Below, in pieces: positions 39,005-49,466 of a stretch of DNA of 64,000 bases (position 1 is its first letter; the number at the start of each line of letters is the position of its first letter). The stretch spans positions 192,001 to 256,000 of the forward strand of contig CAVZRV010000030.1 in NCBI GenBank assembly GCA_963777605.1, in the 5' to 3' direction. This stretch comes from an uncultured Acidobacteriota bacterium. Lineage in GTDB: Bacteria; Acidobacteriota; UBA6911; RPQK01; JAPXNP01. Position numbers and translations under genes: made by a program. The notes under the pieces were generated by a model, which saw only the letters and a list, made by a program, of their open reading frames with translations, was not told the DNA's origin and made no database searches.

Positions 39005-39424
39005 CTACTCACCAATTATTTTAACCAGAACCCGCTTTGGGCGCCGCCCATCAAACTCGGCATAGAAAATCTGTTCCCAGGGTCCGAAATCGAGACGTCC
39101 CCCGGTTATTGCGACGACGACTTCCCGGCCCATTACCTGTCGTTTCAGGTGGGCGTCTCCATTGTCCTCGCCCGTCCGGTTATGGCGATAGTGGGCTATC
39201 GGCTCGTGAGGGGCGAGGTTCTCGAGCCAGTCGTCGTAGTCCTGGAGCAGGCCCGATTCGTCGTCGTTGATGTACACGCTCGCCGTGATGTGCATGGCGT
39301 TGACGAGGCAGAGACCTTCCTGGACGCCGCTGCGGTGAACCAGTTCCTCGACCTTCGGTGTGATGTTGATGTATTCCCGGCGCTTGCTGGTCTGGAAAAC
39401 CAGGTGTTCGGTCAGGCTCTTCAT
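39005..39424 (-). CDS. yjbQ: YjbQ/UPF0047 family protein
   Basis: [42 protein letters not shown]; start set at ATG 39424. Confidence 0.9.
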   Translation of the reverse strand: MKSLTEHLVFQTSKRREYINITPKVEELVHRSGVQEGLCLVNAMHITASVYINDDESGLLQDYDDWLENLAPHEPIAHYRHNRTGEDNGDAHLKRQVMGREVVVAITGGRLDFGPWEQIFYAEFDGRRPKRVLVKIIGE

Positions 39425-39491
39425 GACATTCAGTCTACTCCCGGGAGCGGGTGGCATCCAGCTTGTGGATTCAGTTGCCTGGGCCTCTGTC

Positions 39492-41075
39492 TCATCCCGA
39501 AGCCGCTTTCCGATCGTGGATTCCCAGGAACTCCAGGCGGTGGAATCGGACTTTCGGCGTCGCAGACTCGGGCGGGCCATCGTCGGGCCCGGGTTCCAGC
39601 ACAATGGTTACGGTGTTCCTACCCGGCCGAACGGGGACAGATCGCTCGAATCCCCACCTTTCCCCCCGCTTCAGAACCTGAGAGCTCGAAACCACAGCTC
39701 CATCGACGAAGATCCGAATAACCGTGCCCGCCTGAAGCGGTTCCGCCTCGACGCCCAGCATAATCGCGCGAAAGCGTCGGTTACGGAATTCCAGCCGGAT
39801 TTCCCTCCCGGCCCCGATCCGCGCCGCGGACTGCTCCGGGGAGAGCTGGACGAGGCCCCGCTGGGCAATCTCCCAGTCGGCGATTCCGCTGACGAGATCG
39901 GCGTCGGTCAGTTCCACTATTGGACCGGGACGGGAAAGTCCCGCCAGAGGCTGGAGGGTGCTGATGATCCAGGATGCGCACTCGGCATGGCCAAAGGCGC
40001 TCAGGTGTCCGTCTTCCGGAGAGAGGAAATAGTCGGGGTAGGGCATGTCACTGTCGGCGATGCGGGAACGAGCCGAGATGGTCGGCACGCCAAGGTCGGA
40101 AAAGATCTTCTCGAAGCGGCGGGTATCATAGTCCTCCTCGATCGGGGAGTCGAAGACGTCGGCGAGGGACTCCCACTCTTCCGGAAAGCTTTTGAGAAAG
40201 GGGATGACCAGCGCCACAAGAGGAATATTCTTCCGGTCGGTCGTCTCTTTGATGGAACGCAGAATCGCCTCGGTCGTCTGCCAGCAGTCACGGATCGCGG
40301 CCGGCTGGTGAGAGTCTGCTGTAGTCGAGTAGACGGCCCCTTCAGCGTCGAGGCCCCGGCTTCGAGCCCGGGATCGGAAGTATTCACGGCGGCGCAGGTC
40401 CTGGTTGCTCTCCGAGGGGAGAAAGTCGTCGGGGAGTGACCCCACGGGGGTGCCGAAAGCATTTTCCGCGAGGCCGAAAAGCCGGAGCCGGCTGCGCAGA
40501 AATTCCCGCCAGGGATGCAGGTCTGATCGCAGGAGCCGGCCATCACGCACGACGAAATATGGCCGGTGCAGATCCTGGAGAGAACAGGTATCGGCAAGGA
40601 TGCGGCAATTGTTGCAGAAATCATTGAACGGGAATGTCTGGATGACGACCGCATCAGGATCGAACTGAAGCCCGATTTCCTGGAGCGCAAGCAACTCCTG
40701 GGCGCTGCCCCAGTCGTCAACCGCCAGCGAAACGACGTGCCACGTCTTCTTTTCCCGTCCCAGCCAGGATTCGAGCCGGCCCGGGATGGTGGAGTCAAAG
40801 GGGAGGCTGATCCCGGCCGTGAAAGAGTCTCCCAAAACGAGAATACGGCCCTCGCCCGGCGGTTTCTCCCGGGGCATCGGGCGGAAGCGAAACCCGGTCT
40901 CGTTGAGGCCCTGGATTCGGCTGGATTGTGGATCCATGGTCCAGCCCAAGGCGGGACTGTAGCGCCAGATTGGAGACGGGTTCGGATCATATGACAACAA
41001 GCGAAGTCCCACTTCGAGCATGGCGATCACGAGGCAGAACGACAGCACCATTACTGCGAGCTTACGAAGGATCAC
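39492..41075 (-). CDS. Membrane-anchored SGNH/GDSL hydrolase family protein with a C-terminal beta domain
   Basis: N-terminal TM (LEVGLRL); [22 protein letters not shown]. Confidence 0.82.
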   Translation of the reverse strand: MILRKLAVMVLSFCLVIAMLEVGLRLLSYDPNPSPIWRYSPALGWTMDPQSSRIQGLNETGFRFRPMPREKPPGEGRILVLGDSFTAGISLPFDSTIPGRLESWLGREKKTWHVVSLAVDDWGSAQELLALQEIGLQFDPDAVVIQTFPFNDFCNNCRILADTCSLQDLHRPYFVVRDGRLLRSDLHPWREFLRSRLRLFGLAENAFGTPVGSLPDDFLPSESNQDLRRREYFRSRARSRGLDAEGAVYSTTADSHQPAAIRDCWQTTEAILRSIKETTDRKNIPLVALVIPFLKSFPEEWESLADVFDSPIEEDYDTRRFEKIFSDLGVPTISARSRIADSDMPYPDYFLSPEDGHLSAFGHAECASWIISTLQPLAGLSRPGPIVELTDADLVSGIADWEIAQRGLVQLSPEQSAARIGAGREIRLEFRNRRFRAIMLGVEAEPLQAGTVIRIFVDGAVVSSSQVLKRGERWGFERSVPVRPGRNTVTIVLEPGPDDGPPESATPKVRFHRLEFLGIHDRKAASG

Positions 41076-43552
41076 GGCTTTCTCCCGGAGGTGGCAGCAG
41101 CAGCGGGCGTTTCCGAGTCGCCGTACCCGGTCGTGCCGCGGGCGTGCGGTCGTCGTCGGTCGCGGAGAAGCAAACCTGCACGAAGCAGCAACAGGAGCAG
41201 CAGGGTCGAAACGGAAACGAGGCTCCCCAGTCGAAAACCGCTCGGGCTGTAGCGAAACCTAACGGTGTGCCGTCCGGGTGGAACCACAACTCCTCGGAAG
41301 ATGTAGTCTGCCGGAAAGACCTCGAGCGGCCTCCCATCCTCAAGTTCGGCCTGCCAACCAGGTGCGTAGCGTTCGAAGACGACCAAGACCGATTTTGTGG
41401 GGCTTTCAGTCGAGAAGGATGCCCGTTCCGGGCTCCACTCCACCCGCTCGGGCTCCGGCAGGCCGGTGGCATCCGGAGTTTCGGGAAGGGAACTGGTCTC
41501 CACTACGGCCATCCGTTCCAGATCGGTAGCTTGCATGATCTCCAACGCCTGGTCCGGAACGGCTTGTTCCCAGTCGGCAAAGAGTGCGGCCCTGCGAGCT
41601 GCCGGGTTGGTGTAGAGCTGGAACCCGCCTACAGTCTCGGGATTCCGGAACAGGTCCGGCGGCGCGCTGCGAGCCGCCGGCGACAAGATGTAGTCGAAAT
41701 TGAGGAGCCTGAAGAGATCCCAGGAGCGAACGGTTTCAGCGGAAACCGACCAGTACGAGTCATGCTTCATGTAGTCGACCAGTTCGCCGCCATCCTTGCT
41801 TAACCACGGCTCAATGATTCTCCGCATTCGGGTGTTTGGACCGATCTTCTCGGGATCGATACTGGTCAGCCAGCGATACGCGTTCCCGAGGGACGGGTCG
41901 ATGGCCTGCATGAATCGGAAGGTGCGCTCGGGAGTCATGACGTCGTAGCCCCGCACGTCCTGGAGGTGATAGACCTGGCCGCTGTTGGAGGGAAGCAGGT
42001 TGCCGAAGGCGTAGGTCCTGGGAGGGTCGCCACGGAGAAAATCCAGGGCCGGAAGCCGCGGGTAAAGTGACTCCGCCGCTCCCCTTGGGTTCAATGGGTA
42101 GCTCAGCGGCACCAGGTCAATGAGAATAAGCAACAGGAGGGCGGCGGCAGATTTCCGGGACTGTGACCCGAGGAGGACGAGCGCGCCCAGAAGCAGTATG
42201 GCTCCGGTCCGAATGGCGTGTCCCCGCGTGATGCCGCTTGGGTCCATCTCCGACAAGTAGGGCGCAAACCGCCAGAGAGCGCCGGCCACAAGGGTAGCCC
42301 AGCTGAGAACCTGGACCACGACCATCGGGATTCTCGGCCGGTATCCGTCAACGATCCGCTGCACCCCCAGGCCAGACAAGTGCCCGATGCTGAAAATCAT
42401 CAGAACAACCAGCTTGTTTCTCCGAATCAGGTCGAATCCGGGGAGATCGAGCAAATACTCAAAAGGGGGCACACCGAGGAGAAGCAGGATGGCCGTTGCC
42501 ACCAGGAGTGCGGGGGCGATCGAAACCCGCCAACCGTTGTGACGGCGGCCCGTGAAAGCCATCGGGACGAGTAAAAGTGGCACGATCGATGCGTAGAAGG
42601 CGATGTCGTGGTAGCCCGGGAAGCCCCAGTAGTCATTGCGCAGGTGGCTGCCGAAGAAGTCGGGGACGACCAGGTTCAGGAAGGAGCCGGGGGCGTAGGG
42701 AAAACCCGACTTGATGATTCGTGGGCCGTACGGGACCATGCTCTCCGCGACGTACTGGAGCGAGGAAAGCCACTGGACCGCCGTCAAGGGAATCGAGACT
42801 GCCAGGGCAGATCCGGCTGTCATCAGCCTTTTGAATCCCGAAGATCGCCCGTAGTCCCATCTGATCAGTTCGCAGCCGAGATAAATTCCAACAGCCAGGA
42901 ATGCGGCCAGGCAGGACTGGGGCTGGCCGGCGAAGACTAGCAGGGACGCCGCAATCGCAGTCAGCGTCCAGTTCAACCACCCTGGAGATCGGAAGGTCCT
43001 CAGCGAGAAGAGAAGGATCCAGGGGAGAAGCACCGTGACGTTCGAGTAGGGGAACGGCAGCGAGACCACCGTGTGCATGGACAGGGAGAAAATCACTGCT
43101 CCCGTGAGTCCGGAGAGGGGGCTCAAGCCCTGCTCCCGAAGGAAATAAAGCATCCCGGTCAGGGTCAGTGCCAACTTGAAGGCGAAGATCCAGCCAAAGG
43201 AGAGCCGCAGAGGAAGCAGGAGGTGAAGCCACGTCAAGGGGAAGAGAAGCGCCGTCTGGGGGTTTGCAAAGAAGGGCGTGCCCAGGTAGTTGTACGGGTT
43301 CCAGAGCGGAAACCGCCCGGCGTCGAGTGACTCCTTGAAAAACTGAGCCCAGGGATAGAATTGAAAAAGCAGGTCATACTGCTGGGAGACCTCCTGGCTC
43401 GCCCCGTGTGCCTGCGAAGCCCACGGTTCCGTTTGGGTGAGAAAACCGGTCGGGATGACCGTTCGGAGTCCGATCAGGGCATCGGCGAAGAACCCGATTG
43501 CCAGTACCAGACAACAGGCAAGTGCCAAGCGGGTTCCGGGAGCGCTTTTCAT
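41072..43552 (-). CDS. YfhO-like polytopic membrane protein (putative GT-C glycosyltransferase)
   Basis: DLLFQFYPW, PLWNPYNYLGTPFFAN, GQPQ, VRGYD, YAPGWQA, ADYIFRGVVVPPGRHTVRFRY. Confidence 0.85.
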   Translation of the reverse strand: MKSAPGTRLALACCLVLAIGFFADALIGLRTVIPTGFLTQTEPWASQAHGASQEVSQQYDLLFQFYPWAQFFKESLDAGRFPLWNPYNYLGTPFFANPQTALLFPLTWLHLLLPLRLSFGWIFAFKLALTLTGMLYFLREQGLSPLSGLTGAVIFSLSMHTVVSLPFPYSNVTVLLPWILLFSLRTFRSPGWLNWTLTAIAASLLVFAGQPQSCLAAFLAVGIYLGCELIRWDYGRSSGFKRLMTAGSALAVSIPLTAVQWLSSLQYVAESMVPYGPRIIKSGFPYAPGSFLNLVVPDFFGSHLRNDYWGFPGYHDIAFYASIVPLLLVPMAFTGRRHNGWRVSIAPALLVATAILLLLGVPPFEYLLDLPGFDLIRRNKLVVLMIFSIGHLSGLGVQRIVDGYRPRIPMVVVQVLSWATLVAGALWRFAPYLSEMDPSGITRGHAIRTGAILLLGALVLLGSQSRKSAAALLLLILIDLVPLSYPLNPRGAAESLYPRLPALDFLRGDPPRTYAFGNLLPSNSGQVYHLQDVRGYDVMTPERTFRFMQAIDPSLGNAYRWLTSIDPEKIGPNTRMRRIIEPWLSKDGGELVDYMKHDSYWSVSAETVRSWDLFRLLNFDYILSPAARSAPPDLFRNPETVGGFQLYTNPAARRAALFADWEQAVPDQALEIMQATDLERMAVVETSSLPETPDATGLPEPERVEWSPERASFSTESPTKSVLVVFERYAPGWQAELEDGRPLEVFPADYIFRGVVVPPGRHTVRFRYSPSGFRLGSLVSVSTLLLLLLLRAGLLLRDRRRPHARGTTGYGDSETPAAAATSGRKP

Positions 43553-43573
43553 GCAGGTGTGGGCAACGAGTCC

Positions 43574-44944
43574 TCAGGCCAGCCTGTGGGATTGTCTTTG
43601 AATCTTCCGCACTGCGGTGGCGACTTCGTCCATGTCCGACGGCGGTCCGAGCAATTGGGTCTGCCCGAGCCAGACTGCTTCCCGGCAAAGCCGGTCGTTC
43701 TCCGGACAACGGTTTCGCTTCTCGAACTCCCGGGCGGCCGATTCCCCGTAGATGCGGCGGAAGCCTCGCGACTCGAGAGTGTTCTTCAGGAATGCCTCCT
43801 TGTTCAGCGGACTGTAGCCTCCACTGCAGGGAATGCCTTCAGCCTTCATTGCGGCGAGAAAACGGTCTCTCGATACCCCTGCGAACGCCTCCGGATCATA
43901 GCGAAACATGTACAGGTGGAGCGCGTTGCGAGTTGTGCCCGGGTAGGACTCGGCCGGAGCGATTCCAGGGATTTCCTTCAACTGGGCAGTCAGACGGGCT
44001 GCATTCGTCTCCCGGGTGCGCGACTGCTCTTCGAGGCGTCGCAGTTGGGCCCGAAGCAGCCCCCCCTGGAATTCGGTGAGTCGCCGGTTGTCACCCTGGC
44101 GGACATAGCTGAAGCCGGTCGAAGAGGGCCCCGGACGAAGACGTCGCTCGGAGTCGACCTGGTAGGGACGTCCGGCGTCGTGGAAACTGGCACACGCAGC
44201 GGCCAGTTCGGGATCCGAAGTGGCGATCGATCCGCCTTCGCCGCAGTTGAGGTTCTTGGACGCCTGAAAACTGAAACACCCGAGACTTCCCCAAGTCCCG
44301 ACTTTTCTTCCTTTCCACTCCCCAAGGTGAGCTTGGCAGGCGTCTTCGAGCACTGGAATTCCGTGCTTCCGGCCCACCTCGAGGATGGTATCCATGTCTG
44401 CCGGGTTGCCACCAAGGTGAACCGGGATAATGCACCGGGTCCGGTCGGAGATCGCCGCTTCGATTTTGTTGGCATCAATCTGGAATGTCTTCCGGTCGCT
44501 GTCGACGAAAACCGGCATGGCGTGGTGCAGGAGCACCACGTTGATGGTCGCCACGAACGTGTAGGGAGGAACGATTACTTCGTCGCCCGGACCAACGTCT
44601 AACGCCCTCAGGCTCGTATAGAGAGCAGCAGTACCGCTGGCGGTCGCCACTATGAAGGGAGTGCCCAGCATTTCGGACCACTCTTGTTCGAAGCCGGCGA
44701 CCTCGGGTCCCCGGTTCCACCGCCCGCGATCGAACACTTCAACCCAGCTGGTCCGGTCTTCCGGAGCAACGATCGGCCAGGAGGGGAAAGGCTTCGTCCG
44801 GACCGCTTTTCCCCCAAGCAGGGCGAGCGGCTCGTCAACTGCAGCCGCGGGAACTACCGCAGGGGCCTTGGCCGAGACGCTCAGGGCTGCGCTCGCGACA
44901 GACACTGACCCAATGAATCCTCGTCGTGACACCAGATTGCTCAT
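43574..44944 (-). CDS. Tat-exported DegT/DnrJ/EryC1/StrS family PLP aminotransferase
   Basis: Tat signal SRRGFIG; SGTAAL, PPYTFVAT, PVHLGG, LEDACQAH, FSFQASKNLNCGEGG (PLP Lys). Confidence 0.92.
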   Translation of the reverse strand: MSNLVSRRGFIGSVSVASAALSVSAKAPAVVPAAAVDEPLALLGGKAVRTKPFPSWPIVAPEDRTSWVEVFDRGRWNRGPEVAGFEQEWSEMLGTPFIVATASGTAALYTSLRALDVGPGDEVIVPPYTFVATINVVLLHHAMPVFVDSDRKTFQIDANKIEAAISDRTRCIIPVHLGGNPADMDTILEVGRKHGIPVLEDACQAHLGEWKGRKVGTWGSLGCFSFQASKNLNCGEGGSIATSDPELAAACASFHDAGRPYQVDSERRLRPGPSSTGFSYVRQGDNRRLTEFQGGLLRAQLRRLEEQSRTRETNAARLTAQLKEIPGIAPAESYPGTTRNALHLYMFRYDPEAFAGVSRDRFLAAMKAEGIPCSGGYSPLNKEAFLKNTLESRGFRRIYGESAAREFEKRNRCPENDRLCREAVWLGQTQLLGPPSDMDEVATAVRKIQRQSHRLA

Positions 44945-46317
44945 GGCTGCTCCTTAGCCTGAAGGTCTTTGACCATATCGGTTGCTTGGGAAATGATTCG
45001 ATCCTCAACTGACTCTTCGAACGGGCCGGGCTGTCCGTAATAGATCATCGAATCCTTGGCCTCGTAACCACCTTCCCGCAGGATACGCCGGGAGGGGACG
45101 TAGAACGATACGTCGTTGGAATAGCCCGCCACCCATAGGTCCGGGTTCTCCGTCTCGCGCCGCAGGCGGATGGAGTAATCGACGACCACCTCACCTGCGA
45201 GCGCAACGAGTGTAAGCGCCTTTCCGAGCCGCAGGGCCTGAATCGGATAGGAATAATCCCGGTTGATCTCTCCCTTTTTGTTCAGGACCTCGAGGTAATG
45301 GCGGGAGTGCTTCTGAATATAGGGGTTGTCCGATCGAGTGCCCGCTTCCAGTTCAGCTCGGCTGGGGGGAAGATCAAACCGAATCACGGCTCGATCAAGG
45401 CGTGTCGCGATGGTCCCATCGACCGGTTCCAGGGGGCCATTCAGGCTGTCCAGTATAGCATCGGCCAGTTCGTCACCGTAACGCTCGGCCTGTTCGTAGG
45501 TGCCGCGGGGAGCGGGGTTGGCGTCCCCCGAAGTCCCGTTCAGGAAAAGAGCAGTCGCGCCCGGCAGGCGGGATTCCAGATGTTTCTGGGCAATCCCGGC
45601 CCAGTCGCCGTGGTAGCGATAGTTGTCGGCACCGAGCGTTGTGCAGTGGCACGAGTAGCTGAACAGCACCGCGAGCGGGGCGCCGTTTTCCTGGTCGATC
45701 GTCATGAACGAAACCCGGTGGTCAACCGGACCGAGTCGGTTGACCCCGATCTGGTAGCCGCGGGACGTCGCAACGCGCCGGTTGACGGCAAATGTCGCGG
45801 TCGTCTTGCCCCAGGAAATGCGAGCCGGTTGCAGGCGTGAAACCGCCTCTTCGATCAGGCCGGCCATCCTCGGCTTCAGGGCGTCGGTGTACGCCTGGAC
45901 AGCTTCGGCCTGTTCCGGCGACATGTCGTAGGCAATGCGCAGAACGTCGGACAATGCCGGGCCGGAATGGGTGTGCGAGGCATTGAACAGCATCTGATCC
46001 CGGGAAAGGCCTAATTTCTTGCTTGCTGCATCGGCTACGTCATCGGCAAACCGCGCTGAAAAGCCGAGCAAATCCGCCGTGACAATGACAACCCGTCTGC
46101 CCTGTCCGTCTTCGAGAGCGAGGGCTTTTGCGAATAGCGGAAGTGCGGTCCCCTCGGCCGGCTTGACCCGAGCAGCGTATCCTGCCATCCAGATGGGGAC
46201 GGAAGGGGTAATCTCGATCTTTGCGGTGCCGGCCTTCCAGGAGGCCTGCGCCCAAACCGGTTGGATCGCAAACAGAATTGAGAAAATAGCCAGTAGTCTT
46301 GCCAATTTTGGTCCCAT
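44941..46317 (-). CDS. Neutral/alkaline ceramidase-like secreted amidohydrolase
   Basis: Signal peptide; KIEITP..MAGY, NASHTHSGP, VNRR, YSCHCT, GTSGDANP, GEVVVDY, AGYSND..YVPS..EGGYE; start ATG 46317 (GGAGGT RBS). Confidence 0.85.
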   Translation of the reverse strand: MGPKLARLLAIFSILFAIQPVWAQASWKAGTAKIEITPSVPIWMAGYAARVKPAEGTALPLFAKALALEDGQGRRVVIVTADLLGFSARFADDVADAASKKLGLSRDQMLFNASHTHSGPALSDVLRIAYDMSPEQAEAVQAYTDALKPRMAGLIEEAVSRLQPARISWGKTTATFAVNRRVATSRGYQIGVNRLGPVDHRVSFMTIDQENGAPLAVLFSYSCHCTTLGADNYRYHGDWAGIAQKHLESRLPGATALFLNGTSGDANPAPRGTYEQAERYGDELADAILDSLNGPLEPVDGTIATRLDRAVIRFDLPPSRAELEAGTRSDNPYIQKHSRHYLEVLNKKGEINRDYSYPIQALRLGKALTLVALAGEVVVDYSIRLRRETENPDLWVAGYSNDVSFYVPSRRILREGGYEAKDSMIYYGQPGPFEESVEDRIISQATDMVKDLQAKEQP

Positions 46318-46457
46318 CCTACCTCCGCCCAGTGATGCGGTCAACGCCGGCCTGCTCCGCTGAACTCTGAGAGTGCCATATGATGTGTGACAGAACACCA
46401 GGGCCATCGGCCGCGATAACGGATTGAGTTATCTGCTGCCTATGTTAGGATTTGGGT

Positions 46458-47456
46458 ATGAAACCCTTAACCGTCGTCGGGCTTCTTGGGTTGCTTGCGT
46501 CGGTCACTCTCATGATGGGTCAGGGACAACGGGAACCCCTCGGCTCAAATCCGTTCGGTACCACCAGGCACGTTATCTTTGGGGACATCAGGGTGCAAGA
46601 GCCGGAAGGCGGAGTGAAGGCCGCTCCGACTTTCCTTGTGACCTTGACGAAAATCGGAGGCGCCGTGGTTGGACGGGATACCGTCCCCTCCAACGGCCGC
46701 TTTCGCTTTAACGGTATCCAGAATGGCGAATATGTGCTCACGGTCGAGGTGGATACGAAGGTCGTGTATAAGGAGCAGTTTCTGCTTGCCGAGCAGCGAA
46801 GTACCGACATCCGGAAGGACATCGAGTTGATGTGGACCGGAACCGGCGTGAAACCCGAGGGGGGAGTGCTTTATGTCCGGTCCTCCGCCAATCAGAAAAA
46901 GTTCGATCAGGCACGCGAGATGGGAGAGAAGGGCGATCACAAGGCAGAAGCCAAGCTGTTCAAGGAGATCCTCAAGAGTGATGGCGAAGATTTCGAAGCT
47001 GCCACCGAACTGGGAACCGCACTCTTTCTCAGTCGTGATTATGGGGATTCCGAAAAGGCCTACCGTTCCGCCCTGCGTGCGAAAGACGATTACCTGCCCG
47101 CCCTCGTGAATCTGGGAAAACTCTTGATAGCCCAAAAGCACTACGAGGACGCTCTCAAACCGCTGGACCAGGCATTGCAATTGGACCCGCAGCGGGCCGA
47201 GACGAATGATCTGCTCGGCGAGGCCTACCTCGGGATGCGCAAGGGCTCGAAAGCGGTCGGTTACCTGAACGAGGCAATTCGACTGGACCCGGACGGAATG
47301 GCCGACGTTCACCTGCGGCTTGGGCAACTCTATGACGCGGCCGGTTTGAAGGACCAGGCGGTCAACGAGTTTCGACAGTATCTGGCAAAGCGGCCCGATT
47401 CCCCGCAAAAGGCGGCTCTCGAAAAATACGTTGCCGCACACTCGGCAACTCAGTAA
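46458..47456 (+). CDS. Secreted TPR protein with an N-terminal carboxypeptidase-regulatory-like beta domain
   Basis: Signal peptide; NGRFRFNGIQNGEYVLTVE; several TPR repeats. Confidence 0.85.
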   Translation: MKPLTVVGLLGLLASVTLMMGQGQREPLGSNPFGTTRHVIFGDIRVQEPEGGVKAAPTFLVTLTKIGGAVVGRDTVPSNGRFRFNGIQNGEYVLTVEVDTKVVYKEQFLLAEQRSTDIRKDIELMWTGTGVKPEGGVLYVRSSANQKKFDQAREMGEKGDHKAEAKLFKEILKSDGEDFEAATELGTALFLSRDYGDSEKAYRSALRAKDDYLPALVNLGKLLIAQKHYEDALKPLDQALQLDPQRAETNDLLGEAYLGMRKGSKAVGYLNEAIRLDPDGMADVHLRLGQLYDAAGLKDQAVNEFRQYLAKRPDSPQKAALEKYVAAHSATQ

Positions 47457-47525
47457 ATCGGGGCACCGGTCCTGCAAGCCAGATTCCGTCGCGATTCGGG
47501 ATTCGTTCGAAGGAGGAGATCAATC

Positions 47526-47927
47526 GTGAAAGATGCACCGTACAGCCTATTGAAGGACCTTCCGGGCCTAAGCCTGGAAGAGGCAGAAGCGAAGGTTACG
47601 CAGGCTTTGAAAGAAGAAGGGTTCGGAATCCTGACCCGGATTGACGTCAAGGCAACTCTCAAGCAGAAGCTGGACGTCGATTTCCGGCCCTACGTGATCC
47701 TGGGAGCCTGCAATCCCAAGTTGGCCAACCGGGCCCTGTCCGAGGACGATTCGGTGGGTCTGCTGCTTCCCTGCAACGTCGTCGTGGCTGAGGGAAGTGG
47801 CGGAGCGGAGGTCGCCCTCGCGCGACCCCAGACCATGTTCGAGATGGTTGACAATCCGGCGGTTCAGCCCGTGGCCGACGAGGCCGAGGAGCGGATTCAA
47901 CGAGTCTTCCGAAGCCTGGGAGCCTGA
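47526..47927 (+). CDS. DUF302 domain protein
   Basis: EEGFGILTRIDV, YVILGACNP, GLLLPCNVVV. Confidence 0.92.
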   Translation: MKDAPYSLLKDLPGLSLEEAEAKVTQALKEEGFGILTRIDVKATLKQKLDVDFRPYVILGACNPKLANRALSEDDSVGLLLPCNVVVAEGSGGAEVALARPQTMFEMVDNPAVQPVADEAEERIQRVFRSLGA

Positions 47928-48035
47928 CCAGCGGCGAGCTCCGGGGCGGCCTCGAGGTCGCGATGTGGGCGAGTGCGACTCCAGCTTCCCTCAACCCGCT
48001 GGAAGTTCTTCGGGAGCCCGGACCGAGGAGACCAC

Positions 48036-48980
48036 CTACCCGCGTTTGATCACAACGTAAGTGATGTCGTCCTTCGGGATGCAGAAGGCATGAATCTCTT
48101 CCTGGACAGCCTCGAAGATCTCCCGTGCGCTCAGGTGGGCCGTTCGTCTTAGGACGGCCTCGAGGTGGGCCGGGAAGAAAGCCTCTCCGGACCTCTCGTG
48201 CTCCGAGAGTCCGTCGGTGAAGAGAATCAGAATGTCGCCGGTTCCCATCAGCTTGATCTCGTTTACCTCATAACGGGACTTGAATCCCAGGGAAGGCTTG
48301 AAAATTCGGCGATCAATGTCTTCCGACGAGGGCATCGTCCCGATGAGGGGAAAAGTGGTCAATGTCTCCGGGCAGATATCGACAAATCGGTCGAATTCGC
48401 GAGAGAACACAACCGGCGCCGGATGAGCCGCCGAAATGAAGCGAAACCTCCCGTCCTGTTCAATCTCGCCATAGAGCAGGGTCAGGAATTTGCTGACGCT
48501 CGACGACTTGAAGAAACGCGTGTTGAGGTTCTCGAACAGGCGAGTCGTGATCTCGCCGAACATGTCCAACTCGTAGATTGCCCCGAGCAGAAATGCCTGG
48601 TGCAGCATCAACGCAAGCAGCGCGTCTGTCAGGCGGTGCCCGGCGACGTCCGCTATGGCAATGCCGGCCTTCTCTCGGCAACGCTCCAGGTTCCGAGCGA
48701 TTTCCTGTTTGCCGCGGCGGAGGGCGTCAGCGATACGGGCATCGAGGTCGTAGCGTTTCTTGAAATCGATGTAGATCAGGTGGTCGCCCCCGATAACTCC
48801 GTTCAGCGGCAGGGATCGGCCATAGACGTCGATTCCCAGCAGGGACGGGATATCCCCCGGCGACGGGATCAGATAGGAAGCGATCTCTTCGAAGTTATCG
48901 ATCTCGGCAGCGGTGTCCGAAGGAGCTTGAGCAATGTATTCTTCCACTTCAGTGAACTCCGACAAACTGTCACGGTACAA
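48036..48980 (-). CDS. Stand-alone PP2C/SpoIIE family phosphatase
   Basis: IGGDH, IADVAGH, KFLTLLYG, SAAHP, LFTDGLSE, DDIT. Confidence 0.85.
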   Translation of the reverse strand: MYRDSLSEFTEVEEYIAQAPSDTAAEIDNFEEIASYLIPSPGDIPSLLGIDVYGRSLPLNGVIGGDHLIYIDFKKRYDLDARIADALRRGKQEIARNLERCREKAGIAIADVAGHRLTDALLALMLHQAFLLGAIYELDMFGEITTRLFENLNTRFFKSSSVSKFLTLLYGEIEQDGRFRFISAAHPAPVVFSREFDRFVDICPETLTTFPLIGTMPSSEDIDRRIFKPSLGFKSRYEVNEIKLMGTGDILILFTDGLSEHERSGEAFFPAHLEAVLRRTAHLSAREIFEAVQEEIHAFCIPKDDITYVVIKRG

Positions 48981-49042
48981 GTTGTAACCGGCACTATCCT
49001 ACCCGAAGAGTGGGACGTCCGTTGCGCAGAATCGACGGCCGC

Positions 49043-49408
49043 CTAGAAGGGCTTGAAATTGGCCAGATAGGCAGCGAACAGAGCCGCCCCGAAAGCCACC
49101 CACCAGAGGACGCCGACCCCGGAGCGGAGCCGGGCCAGCAGTGCGATCAATCCCCCGAAGAGAATCCAGATGATCAACTTCCCGAAGATCCAGCCCGGCC
49201 ACGGCCAGGTGACCCCGAGGCGGGCCAGCAGGCCAAATCCGGCGAAGAGGATCAGGACAAGCCCAATTCCATTGAGTATCGATAAGCGGCGCTTCCAGTC
49301 GGTTCCCGTTTCCGATACGGTGCGGTCAACCATCAAGCCGCCGAGGGAGAGCAGAAGTAGAAAGACCCCGGCTAGGTGCAGGACCTTGTATCCCAGGTAA
49401 GAAATCAT
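49043..49408 (-). CDS. Small 4-TM membrane protein (SirB2-like)
   Basis: YKVLHL, NGIGLVLILFAG, GWIFGKL, C-terminal KPF; start set at ATG 49408, 7 nt after TAGAAT. Confidence 0.75.
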   Translation of the reverse strand: MISYLGYKVLHLAGVFLLLLSLGGLMVDRTVSETGTDWKRRLSILNGIGLVLILFAGFGLLARLGVTWPWPGWIFGKLIIWILFGGLIALLARLRSGVGVLWWVAFGAALFAAYLANFKPF

Positions 49409-49466
49409 AGGGCGCATTCTATCCCATCCGCACTTTTCTGAAGTCCAACGTTATTTAGTAATTGAG

